Source: a virus. Taken from it: 64,000 bases of DNA. The notes beneath the pieces are model-generated. The model worked only from the letters and a program-made list of their open reading frames with translations. It did no database searches and was not told the origin of the DNA. The DNA lies in IMG/VR virus record IMGVR_UViG_3300009151_000035, positions 64,001 through 128,000 of that record, one strand, 5' to 3'. The position numbers and the translations under genes are program-made. Below are positions 30,768-38,617 of the stretch, piece by piece. Within the stretch, counting starts at the first letter, position 1; each line of letters starts with the position of its first letter.

Positions 30768-31150
30768 TGCGAGCACAAGAGTTTGTGACTGAGGATCGCA
30801 AAGGTAAAATACCTGGTGGGCATGATCATGCCATGCCCGGTGCCCATACCATGCGTGACAATGGCGGCTACGATCGTATCAATCATATGAATCGCATGAT
30901 GATGGCAGCTGCCATGCATGATGGCAAGAGTAAAAAAGCCATTCCAAGAGATCAAATGGATCCTGCGTCATGGGTTGAAAAATACAACACAGCACATCCA
31001 TACACCAAAGAAGAAGATAATATGATTCATGGTGCCATGAAAACTATTGGTGCAGAAACTATTCACGCAGTATCAGATCATCGCAGCAGAGAACAACCAG
31101 ACACTCACAAGGTCAGTCCTGTGAAAGGCTTTGCAGGATATCCCCGATGA
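30767..31150 (+). CDS. Putative internal protein, paralog A
   Basis: MRAQEFVTE N-terminus; C-terminus SPVKGFAGYPR. Confidence 0.6.
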   Translation: MRAQEFVTEDRKGKIPGGHDHAMPGAHTMRDNGGYDRINHMNRMMMAAAMHDGKSKKAIPRDQMDPASWVEKYNTAHPYTKEEDNMIHGAMKTIGAETIHAVSDHRSREQPDTHKVSPVKGFAGYPR

Positions 31151-31539
31151 GAGCACGAGAATTTTTCAATGAAGGTCGCACAGGATCATTTACTGCTGAT
31201 GTGGGTCGAGCACTGCCTGGAGCTTTTAAAATTCCTGCTTTAAAAAATCAAGATCCGTATTTGCAATATCGTTTTGGTGTTGCCATTGCTGGTGCCAAAG
31301 GTGCGGCAGCTCGTGCCAGAGATGGCGTGCCACCATTTGATGGCAAAGAGTCAGTGTTTGGTGAAAACGAAATTGTTGTGAGTTATGATCCTGAGGCAGA
31401 AGTCTGGATCAAAGATGCGCTCAAGAGCATGGGCATGCCACCTTCAGACGCCATACGCATTGGCACCCAAGCATCGGAAGAAATGTCTGATGTAGATAAA
31501 ATCAGTCCAGTAAAAGCATTTGCTGGCTATCCACGGTAA
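31147..31539 (+). CDS. Putative internal protein, paralog B
   Basis: MRAREFFNE N-terminus; C-terminus SPVKAFAGYPR. Confidence 0.6.
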   Translation: MRAREFFNEGRTGSFTADVGRALPGAFKIPALKNQDPYLQYRFGVAIAGAKGAAARARDGVPPFDGKESVFGENEIVVSYDPEAEVWIKDALKSMGMPPSDAIRIGTQASEEMSDVDKISPVKAFAGYPR

Positions 31540-31567
31540 ATAGTAGTATATTACTGCAAGGCCTACA

Positions 31568-32380
31568 ATGAAAAAAATATTAGCCATACTGCTGACCATA
31601 GTCAGCATGTCATCTCAAGCATGGGATCAACGTGCCCCACTGCCAGCACAAGCCTGTCAAGTACACTCGCCTTGGGGTTGGGCACAAACAGTAAGACCAG
31701 CACAGCCAATCTGCAGAGAAGCATATTTGGTAGCTTATGATGCTCCTGCAAAGATTCCTGTGTATGTGAGTTACACCCTGTTGCCACAAAATGCACTTGG
31801 ATGCTTTCCTCGTACCAATGCATTTGTAGCAGATCAATCAGTGCCAGGTGGTGCCAGACCAGATGACTATGCTGGCACAGGCTACGACAAAGGGCATGCT
31901 GCTCCTGATGGCGACTTGAGCTGGAGTCAACAGGTAGAGTATGAGTCATTCCTAATGACCAACATGTATCCACAACACGGATCACTCAATCGCGGCATTT
32001 GGAAACTGTTAGAAACATCCGTACGTGGTTGGGCTGTGCAACACAATCAGCCATTCACAATCTTTGTGGGTGCCATGTACAACAGCAACGACCCCACAAT
32101 TGGTAACGGTGTTGTGGTACCACACGGCTACTACAAGCTGGTGATCAATCAAGCCACAGGGCAAGTGGCTGGTTGGATTTTTCCACATGTCAAACCCTAT
32201 GTAAACTTGGGCAACGATCTAACCAAATTTCGTGCTCCTATAGCTCAAATACAAGAGTATGCTGGAGTAAAGTTTGCGCTGCCCGCCGCCGCCAAAGAAA
32301 TTGCACCCGGTACAGAATGGTCAGTTGACTTTGGCGCACTCACCAACGCCAAACGTCAAAAGTGCGGCCGAGCTGAATAA
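31568..32380 (+). CDS. DNA/RNA non-specific endonuclease (NucA/EndA family) with signal peptide
   Basis: MKKILAILLTIVSMSSQA signal peptide; YDKGHAAP, ESFLMTNMYPQ...LNRGIW..LE. Confidence 0.9.
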   Translation: MKKILAILLTIVSMSSQAWDQRAPLPAQACQVHSPWGWAQTVRPAQPICREAYLVAYDAPAKIPVYVSYTLLPQNALGCFPRTNAFVADQSVPGGARPDDYAGTGYDKGHAAPDGDLSWSQQVEYESFLMTNMYPQHGSLNRGIWKLLETSVRGWAVQHNQPFTIFVGAMYNSNDPTIGNGVVVPHGYYKLVINQATGQVAGWIFPHVKPYVNLGNDLTKFRAPIAQIQEYAGVKFALPAAAKEIAPGTEWSVDFGALTNAKRQKCGRAE

Positions 32381-33445
32381 TTGAAGATATTTGATTTCAG
32401 AGAACCCGCCCTTCCACCACGGATGATTGAGCCAATAGCTCAGTCGAGACTTTCTCTAATTCTTCCTGACAATTGTGTTGTGTTGGACAATACTCCAGTT
32501 ATTTTATCAGCTGGTGTTTGGGCGAATGCACATTGGCAATTACAACTGCTGAAAGATCAAGGAGTTACAGGGAAGATTGTGTTTATCAATGGCACACATG
32601 ATCCTGTCAAATATAGCAACCGACAATTGCATGAGCAGCTTGACAAAATAAAAAATTATTTTCCCAATTCAAAAATAGCATTATTAAGCAGCCGAGTGCA
32701 ACATTGGTTTGACAACGTTCCAGAATTTATCTATGTTCCATACCCCATTCAATTGGGCTATGTTCATCACACCCCTAAACCACGACACAAACGAATTGGT
32801 TGTTTAAATCGCAATAACACTGCACATCGTGTTTGGTTAATGCATAATTTATTAGAACAAAATCTATTAAGATCAGATTGTGATGTTTTTAGCATGAGCT
32901 TTGAACATATTCATAACAAGAATTTTACTCAAGTTGCTGGGTGGTTGGGCAATGCTCTTGCTCCAATAGATATTGATTATGAAATAGCCAAATGGCCAGC
33001 ATCAATTGCCACCCACCCAGATAATTTTCCAAATGATTTCACAACAGATCATCCAGCATGGAATACTGCAATCGCTGTAGTGACAGAAACTGAATCTGGA
33101 TGGATGACCATGATAACCGAAAAAACTTGGAAAGCAATTAGAAGTCGCAGTTGTTGGACAGTATACATGGCTGATGTTGGGTACAAGTTTTTGAGAGATG
33201 TGGGATTTGAACCTGATTTTTTTGGTAGGCATGCTAGTTTTGTTGATATAAACCCTATTATAAAAATTTGCAAAACATTTGATACAGAAACAGTGGCATT
33301 AGATTACTATCACAGTCAAACTCACAAAATAAATCACAATTTTGAGTGGTCAGGTGGTGACGATCAGGATGCTGCTACAAATTTTACTGCCCCCTGGATG
33401 CAGAAATTTTTATCAAAATTCCAACAAGACCTAGCCCGCCTGTAA
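32381..33445 (+). CDS. Putative glycosyltransferase (GT10/GT-B-like)
   Basis: CLNR...HR, VVTETE...ITEKTWK, LRDVGF; paralogous to 18153 and 40999. Confidence 0.5.
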   Translation: MKIFDFREPALPPRMIEPIAQSRLSLILPDNCVVLDNTPVILSAGVWANAHWQLQLLKDQGVTGKIVFINGTHDPVKYSNRQLHEQLDKIKNYFPNSKIALLSSRVQHWFDNVPEFIYVPYPIQLGYVHHTPKPRHKRIGCLNRNNTAHRVWLMHNLLEQNLLRSDCDVFSMSFEHIHNKNFTQVAGWLGNALAPIDIDYEIAKWPASIATHPDNFPNDFTTDHPAWNTAIAVVTETESGWMTMITEKTWKAIRSRSCWTVYMADVGYKFLRDVGFEPDFFGRHASFVDINPIIKICKTFDTETVALDYYHSQTHKINHNFEWSGGDDQDAATNFTAPWMQKFLSKFQQDLARL

Positions 33446-33452
33446 ATACAGC

Positions 33453-34601
33453 ATGAGCAATTTTTATTGTGCCGCACCCTGGCGTGGCCTACACATCAAT
33501 CCCCGTGGCGACGTAAAGACTTGTTGTGCCGGCAACCCCAACATGCTGGGCAATTTAAACTCACAAACCATTGAGCAGATATTGAATAGCAATCTCATGA
33601 CAGACATACGCACCAGTTTGGCCAAAGGTGAGCCGCACGAATACTGCTCTAATTGTGTGCGAGCCGAACGCTTTGGTGCGGACTCAGAGCGTCAATGGCA
33701 CAACAATGTAAATCCCAACTTTGATTATACTACAGCTGGAGACCAGTATCACTATCCTGTGATTGTGGATGTGCGTTGGAATACCACTTGTAATTTAAGT
33801 TGCAACTACTGTGGCGAGTCATGCAGCTCAAAATGGGCGTCGATCAAAGGCATTCCTTTTAAGAGCGGTGCAAGACCTTACTATGATTCAGTCTGTGATT
33901 TTATTGAACAACACTACGAACACATACACGAAGTCGCACTTGTAGGCGGTGAACCTTTGTTACTGCCAGAAAACAACAGACTGCTAGATGTCATACCAAC
34001 GGATGCCATAGTCACGCTGATCACAAACTTAAATGTAGATTTGGATTCAAACAAGATATTCCAAAAGTTATCAACCCGTAACCGAGTAGGTTGGTCAATG
34101 AGCTTTGACAATATAGGTGACCGCGTGGAGTATGTGCGACACGGTGCCAGCTGGGAGTTGATCAAAGAAAATCTCGCCAAGATCAAACATCTGATGACCA
34201 CTCAAGGACAGTGGGGCGGTATACATGCAGTGTACAACATCTACAATGCCACACGCATTTGTGAGTTAAGGCAGTTTGCTGAAGACACAGGTACTACAGT
34301 GCTGTGGCAGAATTTGTTTCAGCCTGAGTACCTTGATCCATTCTTACATGGCGCAGGTGTTGCACGTGAAGCCATAGCAGAGATTGAACGTTTTTATGAG
34401 ATGAACATTGCCACACCTGCTGAGCGGCAGTTTTTTGACAATGCATTGACCACATATCGCAATAGATTGAATGAGGACAAAGTCAGCAAAATTGACACAG
34501 CATTTTTCAAGCACATACATGAAAATGAAACTCGATACCATCCAGATAAAGCTGGTGAATTTCAACGGCTATGGCCGGAACTAGCATTTTTATGCAAATA
34601 A
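33453..34601 (+). CDS. Radical SAM enzyme with N-terminal twitch/SPASM-like domain
   Basis: YCAAPW...DVKTCC...CSNC, then CNLSCNYC and VGGEPLL. Confidence 0.9.
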   Translation: MSNFYCAAPWRGLHINPRGDVKTCCAGNPNMLGNLNSQTIEQILNSNLMTDIRTSLAKGEPHEYCSNCVRAERFGADSERQWHNNVNPNFDYTTAGDQYHYPVIVDVRWNTTCNLSCNYCGESCSSKWASIKGIPFKSGARPYYDSVCDFIEQHYEHIHEVALVGGEPLLLPENNRLLDVIPTDAIVTLITNLNVDLDSNKIFQKLSTRNRVGWSMSFDNIGDRVEYVRHGASWELIKENLAKIKHLMTTQGQWGGIHAVYNIYNATRICELRQFAEDTGTTVLWQNLFQPEYLDPFLHGAGVAREAIAEIERFYEMNIATPAERQFFDNALTTYRNRLNEDKVSKIDTAFFKHIHENETRYHPDKAGEFQRLWPELAFLCK

Positions 34602-35155
34602 CACCAGTCGACGAATATAACAATCTTTTTGAAATAACAGATATAATATCTCACGATCTCATGGAAAAAATATTGTCTACGCCATGGCTAGATTTGCCTT
34701 GGTCACGTCAAGAAGGACAGGAACATTGGTTCCGCCGCCGTATTTCAAATGACAGTGTACCCTGGACCACTGAGTGGAATGATCACATAAACAAAATGTG
34801 GCCCAAGGTAGGAGAAGCCATTGGAAGAAAATTAGAAATATCATATGGCTCCACATGGTGGATTGACGAGCCAGAATTTACATGTGACATGCACACCGAC
34901 GGTGATTTAAAAGGAGCCATGCAAATAATTTGTATTGCTGCCCACAAACAATTGGGAACTTGTTTTTATCATGACAAAAATGGAACTCAAGTAAGAAAAC
35001 AATTTTTATCTATACCAAACACCGGTTATGTAATGTTAAATTTTCCCAGGAAAAATGGACTTACTCATTTGCACTGGCATGCAATGTCATGCAAAGTACC
35101 TCCGGGAACTTTTAGACTAAGTAGCTATACCTTATTAACACCATCAAAACAATGA
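34592..35155 (+). CDS. 2OG-Fe(II) oxygenase superfamily protein
   Basis: HxD (MHTDG), distal H (HWHAM) and RxS (FRLS); ATG 34592 preferred. Confidence 0.65.
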   Translation: MQITPVDEYNNLFEITDIISHDLMEKILSTPWLDLPWSRQEGQEHWFRRRISNDSVPWTTEWNDHINKMWPKVGEAIGRKLEISYGSTWWIDEPEFTCDMHTDGDLKGAMQIICIAAHKQLGTCFYHDKNGTQVRKQFLSIPNTGYVMLNFPRKNGLTHLHWHAMSCKVPPGTFRLSSYTLLTPSKQ

Positions 35156-36297
35156 TAACTAAAAGTCCTACATTTTGTCCAGCACCATGGACTAGTCTCA
35201 ACATTGACCAAGCTGGTGAAACCAGCCCGTGTTTTCATTGTGTTGATATGATTGGCAACAACAAAAAAAATACCATCCAAGAAATCATACATGGCGCTAA
35301 AGCAACCAGCATGCGAGAAGCAATGGCACGTGGCGAATGGCATCCAGGGTGCAGTTGGTGTAAACGACTGGAAGAAACCACAGGCACCAGTGGTAGAACC
35401 GTAAGAGGTGCAAGTGAAGAAACACTAGCGGCAATTGACAAGGACATTAACTTTTTTAAATTAGAACATCTAGTGGTTAACTGGAGCAATCTTTGCAACT
35501 TAACCTGTGTGTATTGTAATGACCAAACATCTACTGCCTGGCAAAGTGTTAAAAAAATTCCTATCAATCATGTGAAAAATGAACATGCAGATTTGATTGA
35601 TCTAGCACAAACTCAAGGGCACAACATACAGGGACTTAGTTTGGGTGGAGGAGAACCCTTGCTGCAAAAAGGACTTGAGGTATTTTTAAGCTATCTCAAT
35701 CCTGCCACAGTGTCAGTAATGGTCACAACCAATCTCAGTATGGAGATCACAACCAATCCTATCTATCAGTTATTGAAAACTTGGCCCAAGGTAGAATGGA
35801 TGGTCAGTTTTGACAATGCCCACAAAGAAAAATTTGAATATGTAAGAGACCGAGCAAACTGGGAACAGTTTGTAAAAAACATACGGCAAATGAAACAGGA
35901 TGGACAACGTGTAAACGCACATCCTGCTTACAGTATCTATTGTGCATTGGATCTTGTTGAATATTATGATTTTTGCATTGAAGAAAATTTAGGTGTCTAC
36001 TGGTGTGAACTCAATCATCCAATAGAATTAGACATAAGAAGACACAATCAAAATTTACGACACAGTGCAGTTGCAGCCATTGATCAGGTTCTAACCAAGT
36101 ATGGCGATAAAAAAAGTCTAGCCATTGATGTGCTAAAAACTTATCGCAATACATTACAAGACAATAGTTATCTTCGAGACCAAGAATTTTTCAAACCATC
36201 AAACACACTAAAATGGCATGAGAAAATTGAAAACACTTTGAGCAAAAAAAATAAATTTGTTGATCTGTGGCCAGAGCTGACAAAGGAAATGCAATGA
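35152..36297 (+). CDS. Radical SAM enzyme with N-terminal twitch/SPASM-like domain
   Basis: FCPAPW...SPC...CSWC, then CNLTCVYC and GGGEPLL. Confidence 0.9.
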   Translation: MITKSPTFCPAPWTSLNIDQAGETSPCFHCVDMIGNNKKNTIQEIIHGAKATSMREAMARGEWHPGCSWCKRLEETTGTSGRTVRGASEETLAAIDKDINFFKLEHLVVNWSNLCNLTCVYCNDQTSTAWQSVKKIPINHVKNEHADLIDLAQTQGHNIQGLSLGGGEPLLQKGLEVFLSYLNPATVSVMVTTNLSMEITTNPIYQLLKTWPKVEWMVSFDNAHKEKFEYVRDRANWEQFVKNIRQMKQDGQRVNAHPAYSIYCALDLVEYYDFCIEENLGVYWCELNHPIELDIRRHNQNLRHSAVAAIDQVLTKYGDKKSLAIDVLKTYRNTLQDNSYLRDQEFFKPSNTLKWHEKIENTLSKKNKFVDLWPELTKEMQ

Positions 36298-37043
36298 TGC
36301 CACAGGTCACTACTCCACCTTGGCATAGTAATATCAGTTTGACTGCTGGCAAAACTTATCAATGGTGGCCTACAGATACTGAAGAAAGTTTTGACCGTAT
36401 GATGCAAGATCCTGTACATCGTGCATACTTTCAAGAAAAAGCATGGGATAAGCCAGACACTATTAGCTATAAAATAAACAGTGACGGATTTAGGTCAGAA
36501 GAATTTGATCCTTTGGCTGATAATTTAGTGGCATTGGGTTGCAGCTTTACCATGGGTATTGGATTGCCATACAAAGATTTATGGCCAACTAGATTGGCAC
36601 AAGCGTTAAATTTAAGAGCATGCAACTTTGGATGGGGTGGCGCCAGTTCAGATCAGTGTTTTAGATTGGCCGATTATTGGATTCCACGATTGAAACCAAA
36701 ATTAGTAGTGCTTTTAAATCCGCCACGTGGTCGAATGGAAGTTGTGGTGAATGAGACCACAGGAGAAACTGATACTGTAATGCCCATGAGCAATCACCTG
36801 GATGTGTTTGTTAAAAAATGGTTAAGTGTAGATGCAAATCAACGATTAAATAATCGCAAGAACAGTCTGGCCATTGAAGCTGTATGCAATCAACTCAGCA
36901 TACTATTCTTAAGCTACGAAGCAGATGTCTGGATGAGCCGCAGTAGGGAAGAAGCAGAGTATGCAAGAGACTATATGCATGCTGGACCAAGAGGTCATGC
37001 AACATTTACCGAAAGAATACTGGATGATTGGTCTAAAAAGTAA
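36294..37043 (+). CDS. SGNH-like esterase or acyltransferase
   Basis: YKINSDGFRS, LGCSFTMG.G, GWGGAS, DYMHAG (DxxH). Confidence 0.65.
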   Translation: MMPQVTTPPWHSNISLTAGKTYQWWPTDTEESFDRMMQDPVHRAYFQEKAWDKPDTISYKINSDGFRSEEFDPLADNLVALGCSFTMGIGLPYKDLWPTRLAQALNLRACNFGWGGASSDQCFRLADYWIPRLKPKLVVLLNPPRGRMEVVVNETTGETDTVMPMSNHLDVFVKKWLSVDANQRLNNRKNSLAIEAVCNQLSILFLSYEADVWMSRSREEAEYARDYMHAGPRGHATFTERILDDWSKK

Positions 37044-38607
37044 TTTAGAAACAGTGCTGGTCAAAGCACCACACAGGGTCGAAACATACACTGAACAGGA
37101 ACTCACAGAGTTTGCACTATGCGCTGATCCTGTGACTGGTCCGCTGTATTTCATGGATAACTTTTTCTTTATCCAGCATCCCACACGCGGCAAAATGCTG
37201 TATCATCCTTTTGACTATCAGAAGCGACTGATCCATACCTATCACAACTATAGATATTCAATATCACTGATGCCTCGACAAACAGGCAAGTCAACTTCGG
37301 CAGCTGGATATCTCTTATGGTATGCTATGTTTGTGCCAGACTCAACAATTCTTATTGCTGCACACAAATACACAGGCGCACAAGAAATCATGCAACGTAT
37401 TAGATATGCGTATGAACTGTGCTCCAATCATATTCGAGCAGGTGCTACCAGCTACAACAAAGGTTCGATAGAGTTTGAAAATGGTAGTCGTATTGTTAGT
37501 CAGACCACAACAGAAACAACAGGCCGGGGTATGTCAATCTCATTGCTGTACGCTGACGAATTTGCATTTGTGCGCCCCACCATTGCCAAAGAGTTTTGGA
37601 CTTCAATTTCTCCCACATTGGCCACTGGTGGTAAGGCAATTATCACATCAACCCCCAACTCAGACGAAGATCAGTTTGCATTCTTGTGGAAAGGTGCCAA
37701 CAAATGTGAAGATGAACATGGCAACACCACAGAACTAGGCATCAACGGATTCCGAGCATTTAGATCATACTGGCGCGAACATCCTGACCGTGGTGATGCC
37801 TGGGGTTCAGAACAACTGGCCCAATTGGGCGAAGAACGTTTTCGCAGAGAAATGGATTGCGAATTTGTTATCAACGACGAAACATTGATAGCACCTATCA
37901 AGCTGATGGACTTGGAAGGTGCAGAGCCCATACGTAGAACTGGGCAAGTGCGTTGGTATAAAAATCCTGTAAAAGATGGCATGTATGTAATAGCACTAGA
38001 TCCTAGCTTGGGCACAGGTGGCGACCCTTCTGCTATACAAGTATTTGATGCAAGAACAACGGATCAGATTGCTGAATGGCGGCACAACAAAACTGACATT
38101 CCCACACAAATTAGAATTTTAGCAGACATTGTTAAAGAACTGCATGGTGTAGTGCAAGATGAAAAAAGCATTTACTACTCAGTAGAAAACAACACTATTG
38201 GTGAAGCTGCACTAATCAGCATAGCAGAATATGGCGAACAAAATATTCCTGGGTATTTTCTAAGCGACAACTCGGTACAAGGCACAAGTGGGCGCAAAAT
38301 TCGCAAAGGATTTACAACCACAAACAAAAGCAAAATTGTAGCTTGTAACAAGTTCAAAATTTTAGTAGAGTCTGGGCGAATGAAAATCAACTCAAGGCCC
38401 TTAGTGAGCGAACTCAAAACGTTTGTGGCTATGGGTACCAGTTACGAAGCCAAACCAGGCGAAACAGACGACTTGGTAATGGCCAGTTTGTTAGCTGTGC
38501 GCATGTTAATGATGTTGCAAACCTACCATGCAGACTTGGATACACACTTAAAAGACCACGGAGATATGATTGTTGAGCCGTTTCCATTCATATCAATGAT
38601 GCGCTAA
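37024..38607 (+). CDS. gp17: Terminase large subunit (T4 gp17-like)
   Basis: YQKRLI, MPRQTGKS (Walker A), LLYADEFAF (Walker B), ITSTPN, ALDPSLG.GGD, VENN, DDLVMA; ATG 37024 preferred over 36961. Confidence 0.95.
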   Translation: MIGLKSNLETVLVKAPHRVETYTEQELTEFALCADPVTGPLYFMDNFFFIQHPTRGKMLYHPFDYQKRLIHTYHNYRYSISLMPRQTGKSTSAAGYLLWYAMFVPDSTILIAAHKYTGAQEIMQRIRYAYELCSNHIRAGATSYNKGSIEFENGSRIVSQTTTETTGRGMSISLLYADEFAFVRPTIAKEFWTSISPTLATGGKAIITSTPNSDEDQFAFLWKGANKCEDEHGNTTELGINGFRAFRSYWREHPDRGDAWGSEQLAQLGEERFRREMDCEFVINDETLIAPIKLMDLEGAEPIRRTGQVRWYKNPVKDGMYVIALDPSLGTGGDPSAIQVFDARTTDQIAEWRHNKTDIPTQIRILADIVKELHGVVQDEKSIYYSVENNTIGEAALISIAEYGEQNIPGYFLSDNSVQGTSGRKIRKGFTTTNKSKIVACNKFKILVESGRMKINSRPLVSELKTFVAMGTSYEAKPGETDDLVMASLLAVRMLMMLQTYHADLDTHLKDHGDMIVEPFPFISMMR

Positions 38608-38617
38608 ATAACAAACT

